A DNA stretch of 64,000 bases from Dicyema japonicum (GCA_011109175.1 RDEW01000019.1:1016247-1080246), one strand, 5' to 3'. Counted from the first letter of the stretch, positions 24,601 through 38,320 are shown. The notes: generated by a model not told the origin, from the letters alone. Program-made: numbers and translations.

Positions 24601-24869
24601 AGTCGGTTATTGTCGCAACGAACACGATAGTGGTGGAGCAAGGCATTTAGAAGTCTTTACAGAAATCGATTGTAAAAATTACATATCCCCCGTCCTCTAG
24701 TATTTACTCCTAATATCTTAAGCCATTTAAGTCGGTTTGCTTTCTAGATAAATCCCATTTCCTATGCTCTATGGCCACTCTACGACGGTCGATTTTTTAA
24801 TTACGAATTTTATAATTATGATATATTTACAAATAAATTTATTTGAAATAATTTAAATAACTAGCGTGA

Positions 24870-27565
24870 ACTATTTAAATAACAAAGCGGGTACAAGATA
24901 ATTAACGTCATGTGGTTCGCCATCTCTGGTGACGAAAACTGTGGAATATACTTCACAGACAAAAGAACCATCCTCTACGTCCAATCCAAGAGGAATGTCC
25001 TTCTTGGACGGTCTCCCCACTGGCCTCTTTCTCCTGCTTTGATGGAAGCCCACCTAATGCTTTCCGGCGATGTGAACCCCAATCCCGGACCTCGAAAACC
25101 CATTATTTTGATTCAACTAAACATAAATGGAGTGAAAGGGAAGATCCTCGAACTCAGAAACCTCTTAAATAGGTATAATACTGACATTAGCTCACTCCAA
25201 GAAACAAGACTGAATCCATCTCCCACTCCCGTCTTTCCAAGCTATCTCGTCATCAGGCGCGACCGCCCAGCAGGGCGCAGTGGTGGACTGCTTATCAAAA
25301 AAGAAATTTTGTACGCAAACGAAACTTTTGTCAACCTCAAGTCTCCCGTCAAATATACAAGCATCGGAAACATATTGAATGTGTATGTTCCACCGCCCAA
25401 CTCTTGCCCCTAGGAATTCAGGTTCTCCCTGTCAGACAACGACAAATCAAAAAATATGTTACTTTGTGGAGACCTAAATGCAAAGCATCCGACATGGTTC
25501 AAGAACCAACCATGCGATGTCAGAGGAAACCAATTGTTATCGAATCAGGATGACCTGATAAGATTAAACGACCTTACATTCAATACAAGGACTCCCTATA
25601 GAGCGAATGACAGGACATCGTCCCCCGATCTCACTCTTACCTCACCAAACATCGCAACATTAACAAAATGGACAGTGCTATACGAGACCAGCAGTGACCT
25701 TAATCCCGTTATGATTACGTGTGAAGGAAGGGTGTCAATTGTAAAAAAACCTGTTTTATTTACCGACTACAAAAATGTCGACTGGAAAAAGTTCTCAAAT
25801 TTTGTCGACTATTATCTACTTGACTTTCATTTATCCAATTTCAACTCCATCGATAAAGCACTACACTATTTTAATAGAGTGGTACGCGAGGGAATGAAAA
25901 TTTGTACTAAAAGAAGGCCACTGACCTCAAGAAAGAATTTATACCCCAGAGCCGATCCACTCATGAAGGAAAGGAATTATTTAAAAAGCCTCCAAAAACA
26001 ATCCTGGAAACAAGATTGAGAATTCGTACATTAGAAAAAGAGATCAGGAACAATGCAAAGAAGAAACAAGAGAAAGTTTGGAAAAACCTCATTTTCAATT
26101 TAAATCTATCCTAGCCCTTAAACCTAAAAGAGCCAGCTCTCCGATTGTCCTCTCTGTGGAGAACGTACTGAATATGGTCAAGGGTCAAAACTCGACTTAT
26201 CCCTGTGGTCCGGACGGAATTCCTGCAATAGTTCTGAAAAACATAGACCCCTATGCTATCATGGCCCTCACAAAAATTTTCAACTTTCAATCAACGAAAA
26301 TTGTATTCCTTCCATATGGAAGCTATCAAACATACGATCAATTTTCAAACTCGGGCGACCAAAGGGATCACCAGCCTCATACAGACAATATCTCTCCTAT
26401 GTGTTACATCAAAACTTTTGGAAAAGCTGATTCTTGAACTAATCAAACCATACCTTCCTGATGCACCTTTTCAACACGGATTCAGAAAAGGACACTCTAC
26501 AGAAACGCATCTTACATGCCTTACAAATTTCATCAAGGATGGACTAAAGCGCAAACCTCATCAGAAGTCTTTGTTATGCTCCATCGATATAGAAAAGGCT
26601 TTTGACACTGTCCCAAGAAAGCTTTTGACAAGGAAGATCTTTACGTCAAAATTCCAAATAACCTGAAAATCTGGATCGCTAATTTCCTAAATGGAAGAAG
26701 AGGAAGAGTAACTGCTGGAAAAACTAAATCAGTGACCAAGTTCCATCCAAATGGAGTCCCTCAAGGATCTCCACTTCCACCACACCTATTCAACCTATTC
26801 TTTAATGATATGCCCTCTCATACCAGTGACGATACTCTGGTTTTGACATATGCTGATGATATAATCGTCGCAGTCAAAGACCAGTGCGTTAATACTGCTG
26901 TTTACCGGATCAAGCTTTATTGGACGATCTGAACTGTTGGCTCGTTAAGAACATTTTACATACAAGTCCCGAAAAGTCTTATACAACAATTTTCGCAACA
27001 AACAGAAGATTAACAAACTCCGCTCCATGTGTAACCATAAATGGAACTCAATCCCCACGACCAACTCGGTCAAGATACTGGGCGTAACTTACGACCGACT
27101 CTTGACCTTCAGCAAACACATCGACAACGTCATCTCTTAGGCACAACGAAAGCTAAATTTTGTTAAAACACTCCTTGGACAATATAAGGGGTGTTTCAAC
27201 TCAAATTTGGACTCGCTCTTCGTGCAGTATATTCAACCGTCTTTAACTTACGGGTGTGCTGCATGGGGAACCAACCTATCAAACAGGAATATAGAAAAAA
27301 TCAAAATCTCTTAAAAAATGGCCTTAAGGCTTTGCAAAGGTTTTTTTGGAAACTTCTAAACCCTACACCCTTTGAGGAATTAGTGAGGAAAACCGGAGCC
27401 TTACTACCCTCCAAAAAAGTTAGAAACCCTCGCCCAATCTGGAAATGCGTAGGAACCCAGCAAGAACATAGCAAGAATGAGATGGCTACTCGAGGCGGCT
27501 GGAATCACCTGACGGCTATGTAGTTAATTAATTTGTCGGTGACTTTTGGTTTTTAATAATAATTT
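24870..27565 (+). mobile_element. Single-ORF APE-RT LINE (I-group, Ingi/Vingi-like) with N-terminal 2A-like motif, decayed
   Basis: 60-aa leader ending LMLSGDVNPNPGP, then IQLNINGV, LQET, GDLNAKH, PDLT, FQHGFRKGHST, SIDIEKAFD, NGVPQGS, YADD. No ORF1 upstream and no RNase H seen. Confidence 0.85.
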
Positions 27566-27689
27566 GATGTGAGTTGTTTTAAAAAAGTAAGCACTACCAC
27601 GTTGCCATAAGCACGTAAAACGCCTAGGGTTTCGCTCGTGCATAACACATACTTTATTTAAGTAAAGAACAGCTACTATAACTAATCGT

Positions 27690-27979
27690 AGAGGGAGAAC
27701 CAAGGAATGTTTTTGCGATTATTGCGATCTCGATGAAGAAAACAATGCGTGTGAACAATGTTCGGGTTCTTATTTTTCGCAACATAAACAAAGCCTTTAC
27801 ATTGCCCAGTTATTGCTGGAGCACCATCAGTGCAGATACCCACACATTTATTCCAATCCAACTTTATATCCTCAAAATATGAATTTATAAGATTGGAAAT
27901 GTCGAATCCTTGAAAATTTATTCTTTTGAAAAAAGAATAATTTTTTTGGAACTTCGCGGAACCCAGGTGGGAACCTCTG
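27690..27979 (-). mobile_element. hAT (Buster/Charlie-like) remnant: one terminus plus transposase fragment
   Basis: Reverse complement of 40,123-40,410. Confidence 0.75.
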
Positions 27980-28124
27980 TTTTAGAGTCTCACCTGAAAC
28001 TATAGCAAAAGATAAAACTAGCTTAATTAATAAATGTGACCGGTTGAATACGAGCCCAGGTTGAATACGAGCCTTTGAAAACGTTGTAAAGCCGTTAGAA
28101 ATAAATAATTTTTAATGAAAAATA

Positions 28125-28530
28125 AATCCTCACCTGGGATGACCTAGTGACTTCACATTCGTGGAAGTATGCCAGATCTTTGTATATAACTGAAAGAACG
28201 TATGCGTGTGTTCAATCGCTGGTAATCAAGAAGACTTTGGAGAGTATGATTGTATCATGTAAGCACCAAGTCGACGTTTCGCGGCGTTTTGATAAACTTA
28301 ATGAAGGAATAAAGGATATTTACTCTCCGTCTGATTATGAAGTAATTCAAGAGAAGAGTGTGAGCGAAGTGATGTCAAGATATATTGAGGAAAAGGAAAA
28401 TGACCGTGACAATTGGGTTTACTCCCATAGTTACTCGAAAAAGGAAACGAATTGGATAGAGAACATCTTAATTAGAATTAACCTATTAATTATTTTTAGT
28501 GTAAAAAAAATTAAAATTATAAAACGTATA
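28125..28530 (+). mobile_element. Short 3' fragment of an R4/Dong-like element (second subfamily)
   Basis: ILTWDDLVTSHSWKY...TYACVQSLVIKKTLES aligns with VLTWDGVVSR...TYIQSVVLKRTLES of the larger R4 element. Confidence 0.75.
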
Positions 28531-28650
28531 AAATTATTATTATATATGATTTATGGATGATTTTAATTATATTGAAAATTAAATTAAAAATCAGTTAACA
28601 TCATGAAATAAATAAAATACTTTACGATAAAAATTTATTTTATTGTTAAA

Positions 28651-28907
28651 ATGCCCGGTGGTGTGACGTAAAAATTCATAAAAATAATTTTAGAGATACT
28701 AATGGAAGTCCAGTGAAGAATCAATCGTTTGAGAGGAGACAAAGTGCAGAGAAAAAGTTCTTCGATTCAGGAGATTACAACATGGCCATGTCTAAGGTAC
28801 AACCAGAAATGGACAGGGACTCGTTTTTGAAGAATTCGACTTGATCTCAGCATGCCACCCTTGAAAATATCCCTCACAACTCTTCCTGGAAATTTCCTTC
28901 CAGTTAG
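28651..28907 (+). pseudogene. ENSA: Endosulfine (ENSA/ARPP19 family), copy with premature stop
   Basis: Exon 1 28651-28667, 26-nt GT-AG intron 28668-28693, exon 2 with KKFFDSGDYNM. TGA at 28842-28844 where the right-arm copy has GGA; would give 55 aa instead of 76. Confidence 0.8.
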
Positions 28908-29779
28908 AATATTTGAAGCTTTTATGCTTATTTTGCTTTAATGTGCTTTGCTTAATAAAATTTGTTGTTTACTATTCAACTTATAAAGTTATCTTAACTT
29001 TGTTTTTTCAGTAAACACTATGATTTGGTCTTATAGACGACTATAATGTTGTGTCTTTAATATAAATAATATTCTCTAATAGTGTAACGAACATAGAGCT
29101 TTGATCATTTACTTTTTTGTCTTAAATGCAATAACAGTGCCTTTAATAGACAAATCAGATATTCCTTATAAGATATTAATTGCTATTACAGCTATTCATT
29201 AGAGTAGATTAGAACTGCCAACTCATCCTCCATATCCAACTTATGCCACTTTATAAAGTGGTTAAAATAGAGTAGAACTATATCTGATACTTTGATTCCA
29301 TGTTTATGTACAACACTATCGTTTATTCATTAATACTTATAATTCTTGAGGTACTTTGAGACAACTACAACTCAGGTCCTAACCATAGAAGTAAATAAGA
29401 GTCGTAAATAAGCGAGAGTCCTCCAATAAAAATTCATACTTGTAACATTCAACCCTGTTTTATATAATCCTGTGACGTAATTTCAATGAGGGATATCTCA
29501 TTTGTAATCCTATTATATACGAATATTTCTATTTTCAATACATTATATGCAATATTGATGTAATGACTGAATGTTCCTTTCTACTTTTTTGATTTTCTGC
29601 ATACTCAAACACTCCACAACATTAAGTGAAAAGGTATAACGGGAATTTGTCAAAAATAGCTCAAAATTATGGAGTTTTATAATTTATTGTAAATTCATAT
29701 TTTAGTTAAATCGATTTAAAACGTAAATTTTAAAGTTCAAAAACATAGCTTTGGGGTCAAAGATTATAAGTCGAATACA

Positions 29780-32700
29780 AAGATAAATTTTATTACTTTA
29801 GATTATTAAATTAATAACGAGTAAATTAATTAATTAAGCGTATTTTAATCCAGATTGTTGGTAATCCCTCTTCTTCTCGTAGAAGAAGAGTGTGCCATAA
29901 CCTCCCTGTTACTCCGCATCTCCACATCAGATTCAGTCAAAATATCTCCGTTAGAGTCTAGTGGGCTGTCCCCACGGCATGCCAGTTCCACAAGTTGGGA
30001 GGTATCAGAGGCGTACTCTTCATCGTATACCTTCATCCCATGCTTATGTTCAATGAGCATACTTTCGAGCGTTCTTTTCAGCACAACCGATTGGATGTAA
30101 GTCCTCGTTGATTCTTCAATAGATAATTCATCCATATGATTCTTGAAGCATCTTGAAACAACTCCATCCCATGTCAAAACCACTGGAATAATCTTCACTT
30201 GGCATTCATAGAGCAGCGATAGTTCATTTGCAGGCAAGTCATATTTGTGAAGTTACTCAACTTCAACTTGCTTTAGTCGGTCTTGTGAGGTAAACCCCAC
30301 TTCAATTAAAGTTACTTCTTTCTTTGTTTTGTCATGCACAAAAATATCAGGTTTATTTTATTGTAATTTTGATTCTGTCAAAATCGACGTGTCAACTCTA
30401 ATTTCGACGTTTTGATTAGTCAATATTGACTGAAGCGAATGTCCTTTCAATTTCCTGCTTTTTTTGATTCCATAAATTCGACAAAGATGAAGATGGATGC
30501 ACTTCACCACTTCATTATTTCTTCGGAGATATTAGCATTTTTCCACACTGAGTGGCCAAATGATCAACAGTTTTCTTGCTTTTTTTACAATGGTTGCATA
30601 ATGACCCTGTGTGTGCAAAAAACAAATTCCTATTTTGCAAAAGACAGTACAATGCTTTGCTCCGTGGGCCGTTATTTCCTTTGGATAACCATTCTGAGGA
30701 AGTATATAGGTCGATATTTGTTTCATTAATACATTTGAACATAATTGAGTGTAGTGTTTTGCAATAAATTTTATTTAATAAATATTTTTTCTGAGTGTCC
30801 TTGAAAGAGTTAACATCCATGCTATCCCTGTCGGCAATTGCATTTTTAGAGGCAAGAAATCCTGCGATATTAGCCAAGTGCTATTTTTTTGTTTTTATTA
30901 CTCGCAGAATTCCCGACCTTCGCAAATACACAGTCGACTGTTTTTCCAAACTTTTAATAACAGGAAATGGATTAATTCGCTCTTTAATGAAATCGAGGAA
31001 AGTCCTCTTCCAAAAGTCTTCCTGTCCAAATACAGTCTCTTTATTTGCAGGTTTGAGGTGCAACTTGAGTGACGTAAGCAGTTGGCGTATTTTTGGTCAA
31101 TATCATCAAATTCGTATGGTTCAATATTAATTAATCATATATAATAGTTAGGGACATTGCGTATTTATTTATTGCACGAAATAAGTTCACAGAATTTAAC
31201 TTTGTTTTTGAAAGCATGGTTATTCTCTTCTTAACATTTTCAAGTATGGACTCCACAACTTTACTTTTAAGAACATTACTTCCTCATCTTCAAAAACACC
31301 CAAATATCGATATCCACTGACTCCTTCCAGAGTCTCACAACATGATAACGATTTAACATTAGAAGTGACTTTTCCGAATTCATCTCCAAGCCGGCAACAT
31401 GAAAGAAATCGCGAACAACTTCATCATTTTAATAACAGTATCTTCTTTTAGCCCAAATATCTTTAGGTCATCAATGAATAAGTCAGTGTATTAGGATCCT
31501 CCTGATTAATTTGGAGTCTTGGGAACATAGAAGTTAAGGGTCCTACTCAAGGGGGGATAATAAATCTCCTTGCAAATTCCACATCCCAGCTTTACAGAAC
31601 CAATTCTTCTTCCATCTAAGTGGAGATTTACAGTCCACTTCTTGACTATGGTTTTTACAAAGTTAACAATCCAACGGAGTATTCCTGAACAATCCAATAC
31701 ATGAAATAAAAATTCATGATCAACAGAATCGAAGGCCTTCTTCACATCCACCCAAGCAGAATAAAGGGCGTTTCCATACTCCTTATTTAAGCATTGATTA
31801 ATAAGGACCTGTTCCTCAGCGCCCTGACAATGTTTCCTCGTTCCCAGCTGATTGTCAGATAATAGACCAAACGAATCGACAAAATCTGAGAGTTTGGAAT
31901 TAACACATTTGGTAATAAGTTTATATAAAGTTGGCATACACGTTGTATGACGTAAGTCTTAGGAGTCTCACAATCATCCTTTTTAGGAATTAAATAGGTT
32001 ATTCCAGTATAAAACCAACTTTCAGGCATATATTCCCATTAATAATTCGGTTAATCTCATTACATAAAAAGCCATGTAAAGATTCCATTTTCTTAATAAA
32101 GAAGTTATATGAGCCATTGCATCCACACGCCTTCCAATCGGGAGCCATTTAATAACATCCAGGATAAACTCATTTGTGAACTCTGGCAACATGCCTTCAA
32201 TACCAGTATTTACTTTACCCACACTGTCATATGGCACGTGCATCTCTTTTCTTTTAGACCAACTTTTTCCCAAACGACATACAATCCTCATCATCGAAAC
32301 CATATAACGTTACTTCATTTTGCTGATAGGTTCCGATAAAATCTTTTCGATTTAATTCAAAACAACAGTTGTCCTTGCGAAAGTCCTTCCTCGAATGATG
32401 TACAGCTATTTGCTTCTTCTTAATTCTGACAAGGTCACATAGTAGAGCCTCAATCCTGGCAACCTCCCCTTTTTTGGCCTTTTGTATCTATGGCCACAAA
32501 TAATATCCATAACCTTATGTTTTTCATACACAGGAGAGCTTGTCTGGAAAAGCGATTGACAAGTTCTAGTTCTGTAATCAGCTTTGAGATTTTCTTTTCA
32601 GTGTTCTCCAACCACGTACTGTGCGGTTTAACCTTCGCAGTTAAAGTCATATAAGCACATTGTGCAGCATATAGAATATCAGTAATTTGATATCTTGAGG

Positions 32701-32975
32701 CGGATTATCTTTCGTAATATAATATATTGCAGAATTTAGTCACGAAAAAACATTAACTCTGACATACTTTCTCTGAATTTTGGGTGTTGGTTTTCGAGTG
32801 TCCCTCGGAATTGAATTAATTTTCTCAATTTGTACTTTTAGTTCCTCAAGGCAAATTCTGAACGTGGAAATTTTTACATTAGTATTATTTTGCACTTTGA
32901 AACATTCGCCTCCTTTTACATTGTTATTCCGATTTTCAAGTTTCAGCATCTTTTTTAGCTGATAAATCTTGGAGT
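29780..32975 (-). mobile_element. Decayed R4/Dong-clade (RLE-type) non-LTR retrotransposon, 5' end cut by the inversion breakpoint
   Basis: ITCMPTLYKL, QLGTRK, AWVDVKKAFDSVDH, CNHC...DHLATQC (CCHC), NKPDIF...IEVG...E*LHKYD (RLE). Confidence 0.88.
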
Positions 32976-32999
32976 CTAAGCCAAGGTTTTCGGGACTGG

Positions 33000-33870
33000 A
33001 ATATCAACAGCTGTAGCATTGTGGATTTCAGCAAAGATTCAAAATTCAAGGACTATTTTTGGTATTGAGCTCACCAGCATATTCGACATTGTCAGTTGTG
33101 GAAACTCAATGAAGAGACTGTTGATATCCCATTCCTGAAACACCAAGTATTGCCACTCCTCTTGGATTCGATTAAGTCATCAGGGCAAGTTCTTCCGCAG
33201 GGTATTTATAAGGATCAAAAAAAAGCAGGTTTTTCAATCAGTCCAGTTGGTTTAGTTGCTTTCAGGACTGATATTTATACTCTTTTTCTAAGCTTTGAAA
33301 AGTTCGTGTTCTCTATCATATCATTCAGTAATCTTGAAAGTTCCTCTGGAAGTTTAGCTTAAATTTTTAACATTTCTAGGATATGTTGTCTGGTCACTGA
33401 AAGAGACCAAATTTGAGCTTCTTCATTATTCCGGAGACCTCCTGTGATAAGAGTTTGTTGTCTGACCTGAAATCTGATTTCTTTCCTTTCACATAGAAGA
33501 GTTTAAAAATGCGATGCGACGAACTATGTCTGTTGGGGCAGCATTTTGTTGTTTATGTCATCCGGAATGTTAGAATTGGGTGTTACACAGGAACAATTCA
33601 AAGGCCATAGTAGAAATATACTAGAGCAGTGCAAAATTAGTTCCCTTTTCTATATGGTCCAATAAACCTAACTTCCATAATTTAATAGAAAAACCCACGT
33701 TTTACATAAAGGTGGCTTCTTTACAATAGTCGTATAATCTATTATGAAGCGATTTATCTACTCATATAGGTAATGATATTTACCTCCCACACATATCGGC
33801 CGCTTTCTTCAGCACAATCTAGAGTGTCACGATTCTATTTCAACTAGCTCGTGGTTCCTTTCAAAAGGAA
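33000..33870 (-). mobile_element. Very decayed RT-like remnant in the spacer of the inverted duplication
   Basis: Only weak motif traces (ENRIVTL*IVLKKA; SFSDQ; DPYKYPCG resembling YKYLG). Confidence 0.3.
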
Positions 33871-34060
33871 CAAAAAATTAAAATTTCCAATAAAAAAGGT
33901 TTTATTTATTTTCTGCTTTAATTAGAATCACAATTCTACACGGCCTTATGTCACAGTAGCTACGCGTTACCGAGCGATACGCGTTTATATTCCATTAAGT
34001 CCATCCATTCTACCAATTTTACGACTATGTTTTAATGATTTCAGATTTAATAATTATATC

Positions 34061-34260
34061 ATTATTATTAGCACTTTCACGAGAGCCATAATATTTATAG
34101 CATGTGCCAGCAAAAATATAAGAGAGCTACGTTGTTCCAGACTTTCTGTTCTGAGCTAGATCCCTCAGTGTGTCAGGTAATCAGATGCCAATGTTTTTCT
34201 TTACGCCTTTCAGATCGCCTTGTAAAACGGGAGGGTATTGATCATCGGATTGAAATTGAT
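34061..34260 (-). mobile_element. 3' fragment of an RTE-like element
   Basis: Reverse complement ends gcacatgctataaatattatggctctcgtgaaagtgctaataataat, nearly the same tail as at 15,693-15,746. Confidence 0.8.
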
Positions 34261-34789
34261 GTATTTCTAACTCATAAAATGTTATATAAAATCATGGATT
34301 AAGACAGATATAAAAATTAAACTTTCAAATCTCACACCCAGAAACGCCACGTGCATATATCATCACAAATCAATATTAAATCTATATTTATTCGAAATAC
34401 AGGAAACGTTTATTTGGATTCTTTATGATTTTCACATTTTCCACATATTTCATCAAATGAAATTAAAAGCCATCCAGCATGAGGTAATCTTGTGAATCTT
34501 GACTGAGCAGCTCGGAAAACCTAAAATTTGTCAACATTGGTTTGACAATTCTACTGTAACACTGGATTTGAATATCAAATTTCCTATATGCAACACAATC
34601 CTTATACTGCTGCGCTTACATTACTTTTGTTTTCTCAATTGAATTCTTAAGTCCAAAAGACATGTCCCACTAAGCTCAGTATAAACAAGGAGGCTCATCA
34701 CCACAAGAAATAACAAAATTTTAATCATAATGGTGCAAAACCCATGATGTTATTATAAACCATCTTTATAATAAAATTTATGATTGATA

Positions 34790-37700
34790 ATGTTGTGGTG
34801 TGACATGTCCGTTTCTAATCATACCGAGAAATCGAATCCTATGGGTCTTCCTGCAAAATCAAATAAAGAAGTTAGTATAGTAGAAGCAGGACCGCCGTCT
34901 GTGGGCTGGATAATGTCACAAGAACTAATATCAACATCGTTGGGAATATTGGTGCCAAAACCAACTTGCATTCACTATCTGCCATTATTGAAGAGGTCTA
35001 CTGTGTCTCTGAAGCTGAGTTTGTATCTCAGATTTTTCTTGCCACGAAACAAAGATTTGGAAGGATACCTAGAGGTGGCTGGAACCTCGTACTTAAAAAG
35101 TTCAATGAAAAGTACTCCAAGATTTATGTCAGCTAAAAAAGATGCTGAAACCTGAAAATCGGAATAACAATGTAAAAGGAGGCGAATGTTTCAAAGTGCA
35201 AAATAATACTAATGTAAAAATTTCCACGTTCAGAATTTGCCTTGAGGAACTAAAAGTACAAATTGAGAAAATTAATTCAATTCCGAGGGACACTCGAAAA
35301 CCAACACCCAAAATTCAGAGAAAGTATGTCAGAGTTAATGTTTTTTCGGGACTAAATTCTGCAATATATTATATTACGAAAGATAATCCGCCTCAAGATA
35401 TCAAATTACTGATATTCTATATGCTGCACAGTGTGCTTATATGACTTTAACTGCGAAGGTTAAACCGCACAGTACGTGGATTGGAGAACACTGAAAAGAA
35501 AATCTCAAAGCTGATTACAGAACTAGAACTTGTCAATCGCTTTTCCAGACAAGCTCTCCATTTGTATGAAAAACAAAAGGTTATGAATGTTCTTTGTGCC
35601 TATCGATACAAAAGAGCCAAAAAGGGGAGGTTGCCAGGATTGAGGCTCTACTATGTGACTTGTCAGAATTAAGAAGAAGCAAATAGCTGTACATTATTCG
35701 TGGAAGGACTTTCGCAAGGACAACTGTTGTTTTGAATTAAATCGAAAAAGATTTTATCGGAACCTATCAGCAAAAAATAAAGTAACGTTATATGGTTTCG
35801 ATTATGAGGATTGCATGTCGTTCTGGGAAAAAGTTGGTCTAAAAGAAAAGAGATGCACGTGCCATATGACAGTGTGGGTAAAGTAAATACTGGTATTGAA
35901 GGCATGTTGCCAGAGTTCACAAATGAGTTTATCCTGGATGTTATTAAATGGCTCCCCGATTGGAAGGCGTGTGGATGCGATGGCTATATAACTTCTTTAT
36001 TAAGAAAATGGAATCTTTACATGGCTTTTTATGTACTGAGATTAACCGAATTATTAATGGAGAATATATGCCTGAAAGTTGGTTTTATACTGGAATAACC
36101 TATTTAATTCATAAAAAGGATGATTGTGAGACTCCTAGAGACTTACGTCCTATAACGTGTATGCCAACTTTATATAAACTTATTACCAAATGTGTTAATT
36201 CCAAACTCTCAGATTTTGTCTATTCGTTTGGGCTATTATCTGACAATCAGCTGGGAACAGGAAACATTGCAGGGCGCTAAGGAACAGGCCTTTATTAATC
36301 AATGCTTAAATAAGGAGTATGGAAACGCCCTTTATGCTACTTGGGTTGATGTGAAGAAGGCCTTTGATTCTGTTGACCATGAATTTTTATTTCATGTATT
36401 GGACTGCTCAGGAATACCCCGTTGGATTGTTAACTTTGTAAAGACCATAGTCAAGAAATGGACTGTAAATCTCCACTTTGTTGGAAAAAGAACTGGTTCT
36501 GTAAAACTGGGACGTGGAATTCTGCAAGGAGATTCATTATCCCCCTTGAGTAGGACCCTTAATTCTATGTTCCCAACACTCAAATTAATCAGGAGGATCC
36601 TAATACACTGACTTATTAATTGATGACCTAAAGATATTTGGGCTAAAAGAAGATACTGCTATTAAAATGTGAAAGTTGTTCGCGATTTCTTTCATGTTGC
36701 AGGCTTGGATAAATTCGGAAAAGTCATTTTCTAATGTAAATCGTTATCACGTTGTGAGACTCTGGAAGGAGTCAGTGGATATCGATATTTGGGTGTTTTT
36801 GAAGACGAAGGAAGTAATGTTCTTAAAAGTAAAGTTGTGGAGTCCATACTTGAAAATGTTTAAAGAGAATAACCATGCTTTCAAAAACAAAGTTAAATTC
36901 TGTGAACTTATTTCGTGCAATAAATAATACGCAATGTCCCTAACTATTATATATGATTAATTAATATTGAACCATACGAATTTGATGATATTGACCAAAA
37001 AATACGCCAACTGCTTACGTCACTCAAGTTGCACCTCAAACCTGCAAATAAAGAGAGACTGTATTTGGACAGGAAGACTTTTGGAAGAGGACTTTCTTCG
37101 ATTTCATTAAAGAGCGAATTAATCCATTTCCTGTTTTAAAAGTTTGGAAAAACAGTCGACTGTGTGTTTGCGAAGGTCGGGAATTCTGCGAGTAATAAAA
37201 ACAAAAAAATAGCACTTGGCTAAAATCGCAGGATTTCTTGCCTCTAAAAATGCAATTGCCGACAGGGATAGCATGGATGTTAACTCTTTCAAGGACACTC
37301 AGAAAAAATATTTATTAAATAAAATTTATTGCAAAACACTACACTCAATTATGTTCAAATGTATTAATGAAACAAATATCGACCTATATACTTCCTCAGA
37401 ATGGTTATCCAAAGGAAATAACGGCCCACGGAGCAAAGCATTGTACTGTCTTTTGCAAAATAGGAATTTGTTTTTTGCACACACAAGGTCATTATGCAAC
37501 CATTGTAAAAAAAGCAAGAAAACTGTTGATCATTTGGCCACTCAGTGTGGAAAAATGCTAAATAGTGATTATCTCCGAAGAAATAATGAAGTGGTGAAGT
37601 GCATCCATCTTCATCTTTGTCGAATTTATGGAATCAAAAAAGCAGGAAATTGAAAGGACATTCGCTTCAGTCAATATTGACTAATCAAAACGTCGAAATT

Positions 37701-38320
37701 AGAGTTGACACGTCGATTTTGACAGAATCAAAATTACAATAAAATAAACCTGATATTTTTGTGCATGACAAAACAAAGAAAGAAGTAACTTTAATTGAAG
37801 TGGGGTTTACCTCACAAGACCGACTAAAGCAAGTTGAAGTTGAGTAACTTCACAAATATGACTTGCCTGCAAATGAACTATCGCTGCTCTATGAATGCCA
37901 AGTGAAGATTATTCCAGTGGTTTTGACATGGGATGGAGTTGTTTCAAGATGCTTCAAGAATCATATGGATAAATTATCTATTGAAGAATCAACGAGGACT
38001 TACATCCAATCGGTTGTGCTGAAAAGAACGCTCGAAAGTATGCTCATTGAACATAAGCATGGGATGAAGGTATACGATGAAGAGTACGCCTCTGATACCT
38101 CCCAACTTGTGGAACTGGCATGCCGTGAGGACAGCCCACTAGACTCTAACGGAGATATTTTGACTGAATCTAATGTGGAGATGCGGAGTAACAGGGAGGT
38201 TATGGCACACTCTTCTTCTACGAGAAGAAGAGGGATTACCAACAATCTGGATTAAAATACGCTTAATTAATTAATTTACTCGTTATTAATTTAATAATCT
38301 AAAGTAATAAAATTTATCTT
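34790..38320 (+). mobile_element. Decayed R4/Dong-clade retrotransposon, longer copy
   Basis: Same motifs as the left copy (RPITCMPTLYKL, DVKKAFDSVDH, GILQGDSLSP, LIDD, CCHC, RLE); continues ~320 bp further 5' into the spacer (ORF 34784-35155). Confidence 0.88.

Larger units (their letters stand above)
20981..32975 (+). repeat. Left arm of a large inverted duplication (partner 35,114-45,301)
   Basis: Reverse-complement collinearity at both ends and throughout; paired ORFs 21704/44341, 24910/42843, 27191/40581, 28147/39542, 29845/37863. Two mismatches in the 257-bp endosulfine region. Confidence 0.97.

Noticed and set aside
28043-28073. Direct repeat ggttgaatacgagcc x2 as a regulatory site or element end
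   Set aside because: Two copies only, between TE fragments, with no TIR or TSD partner found.
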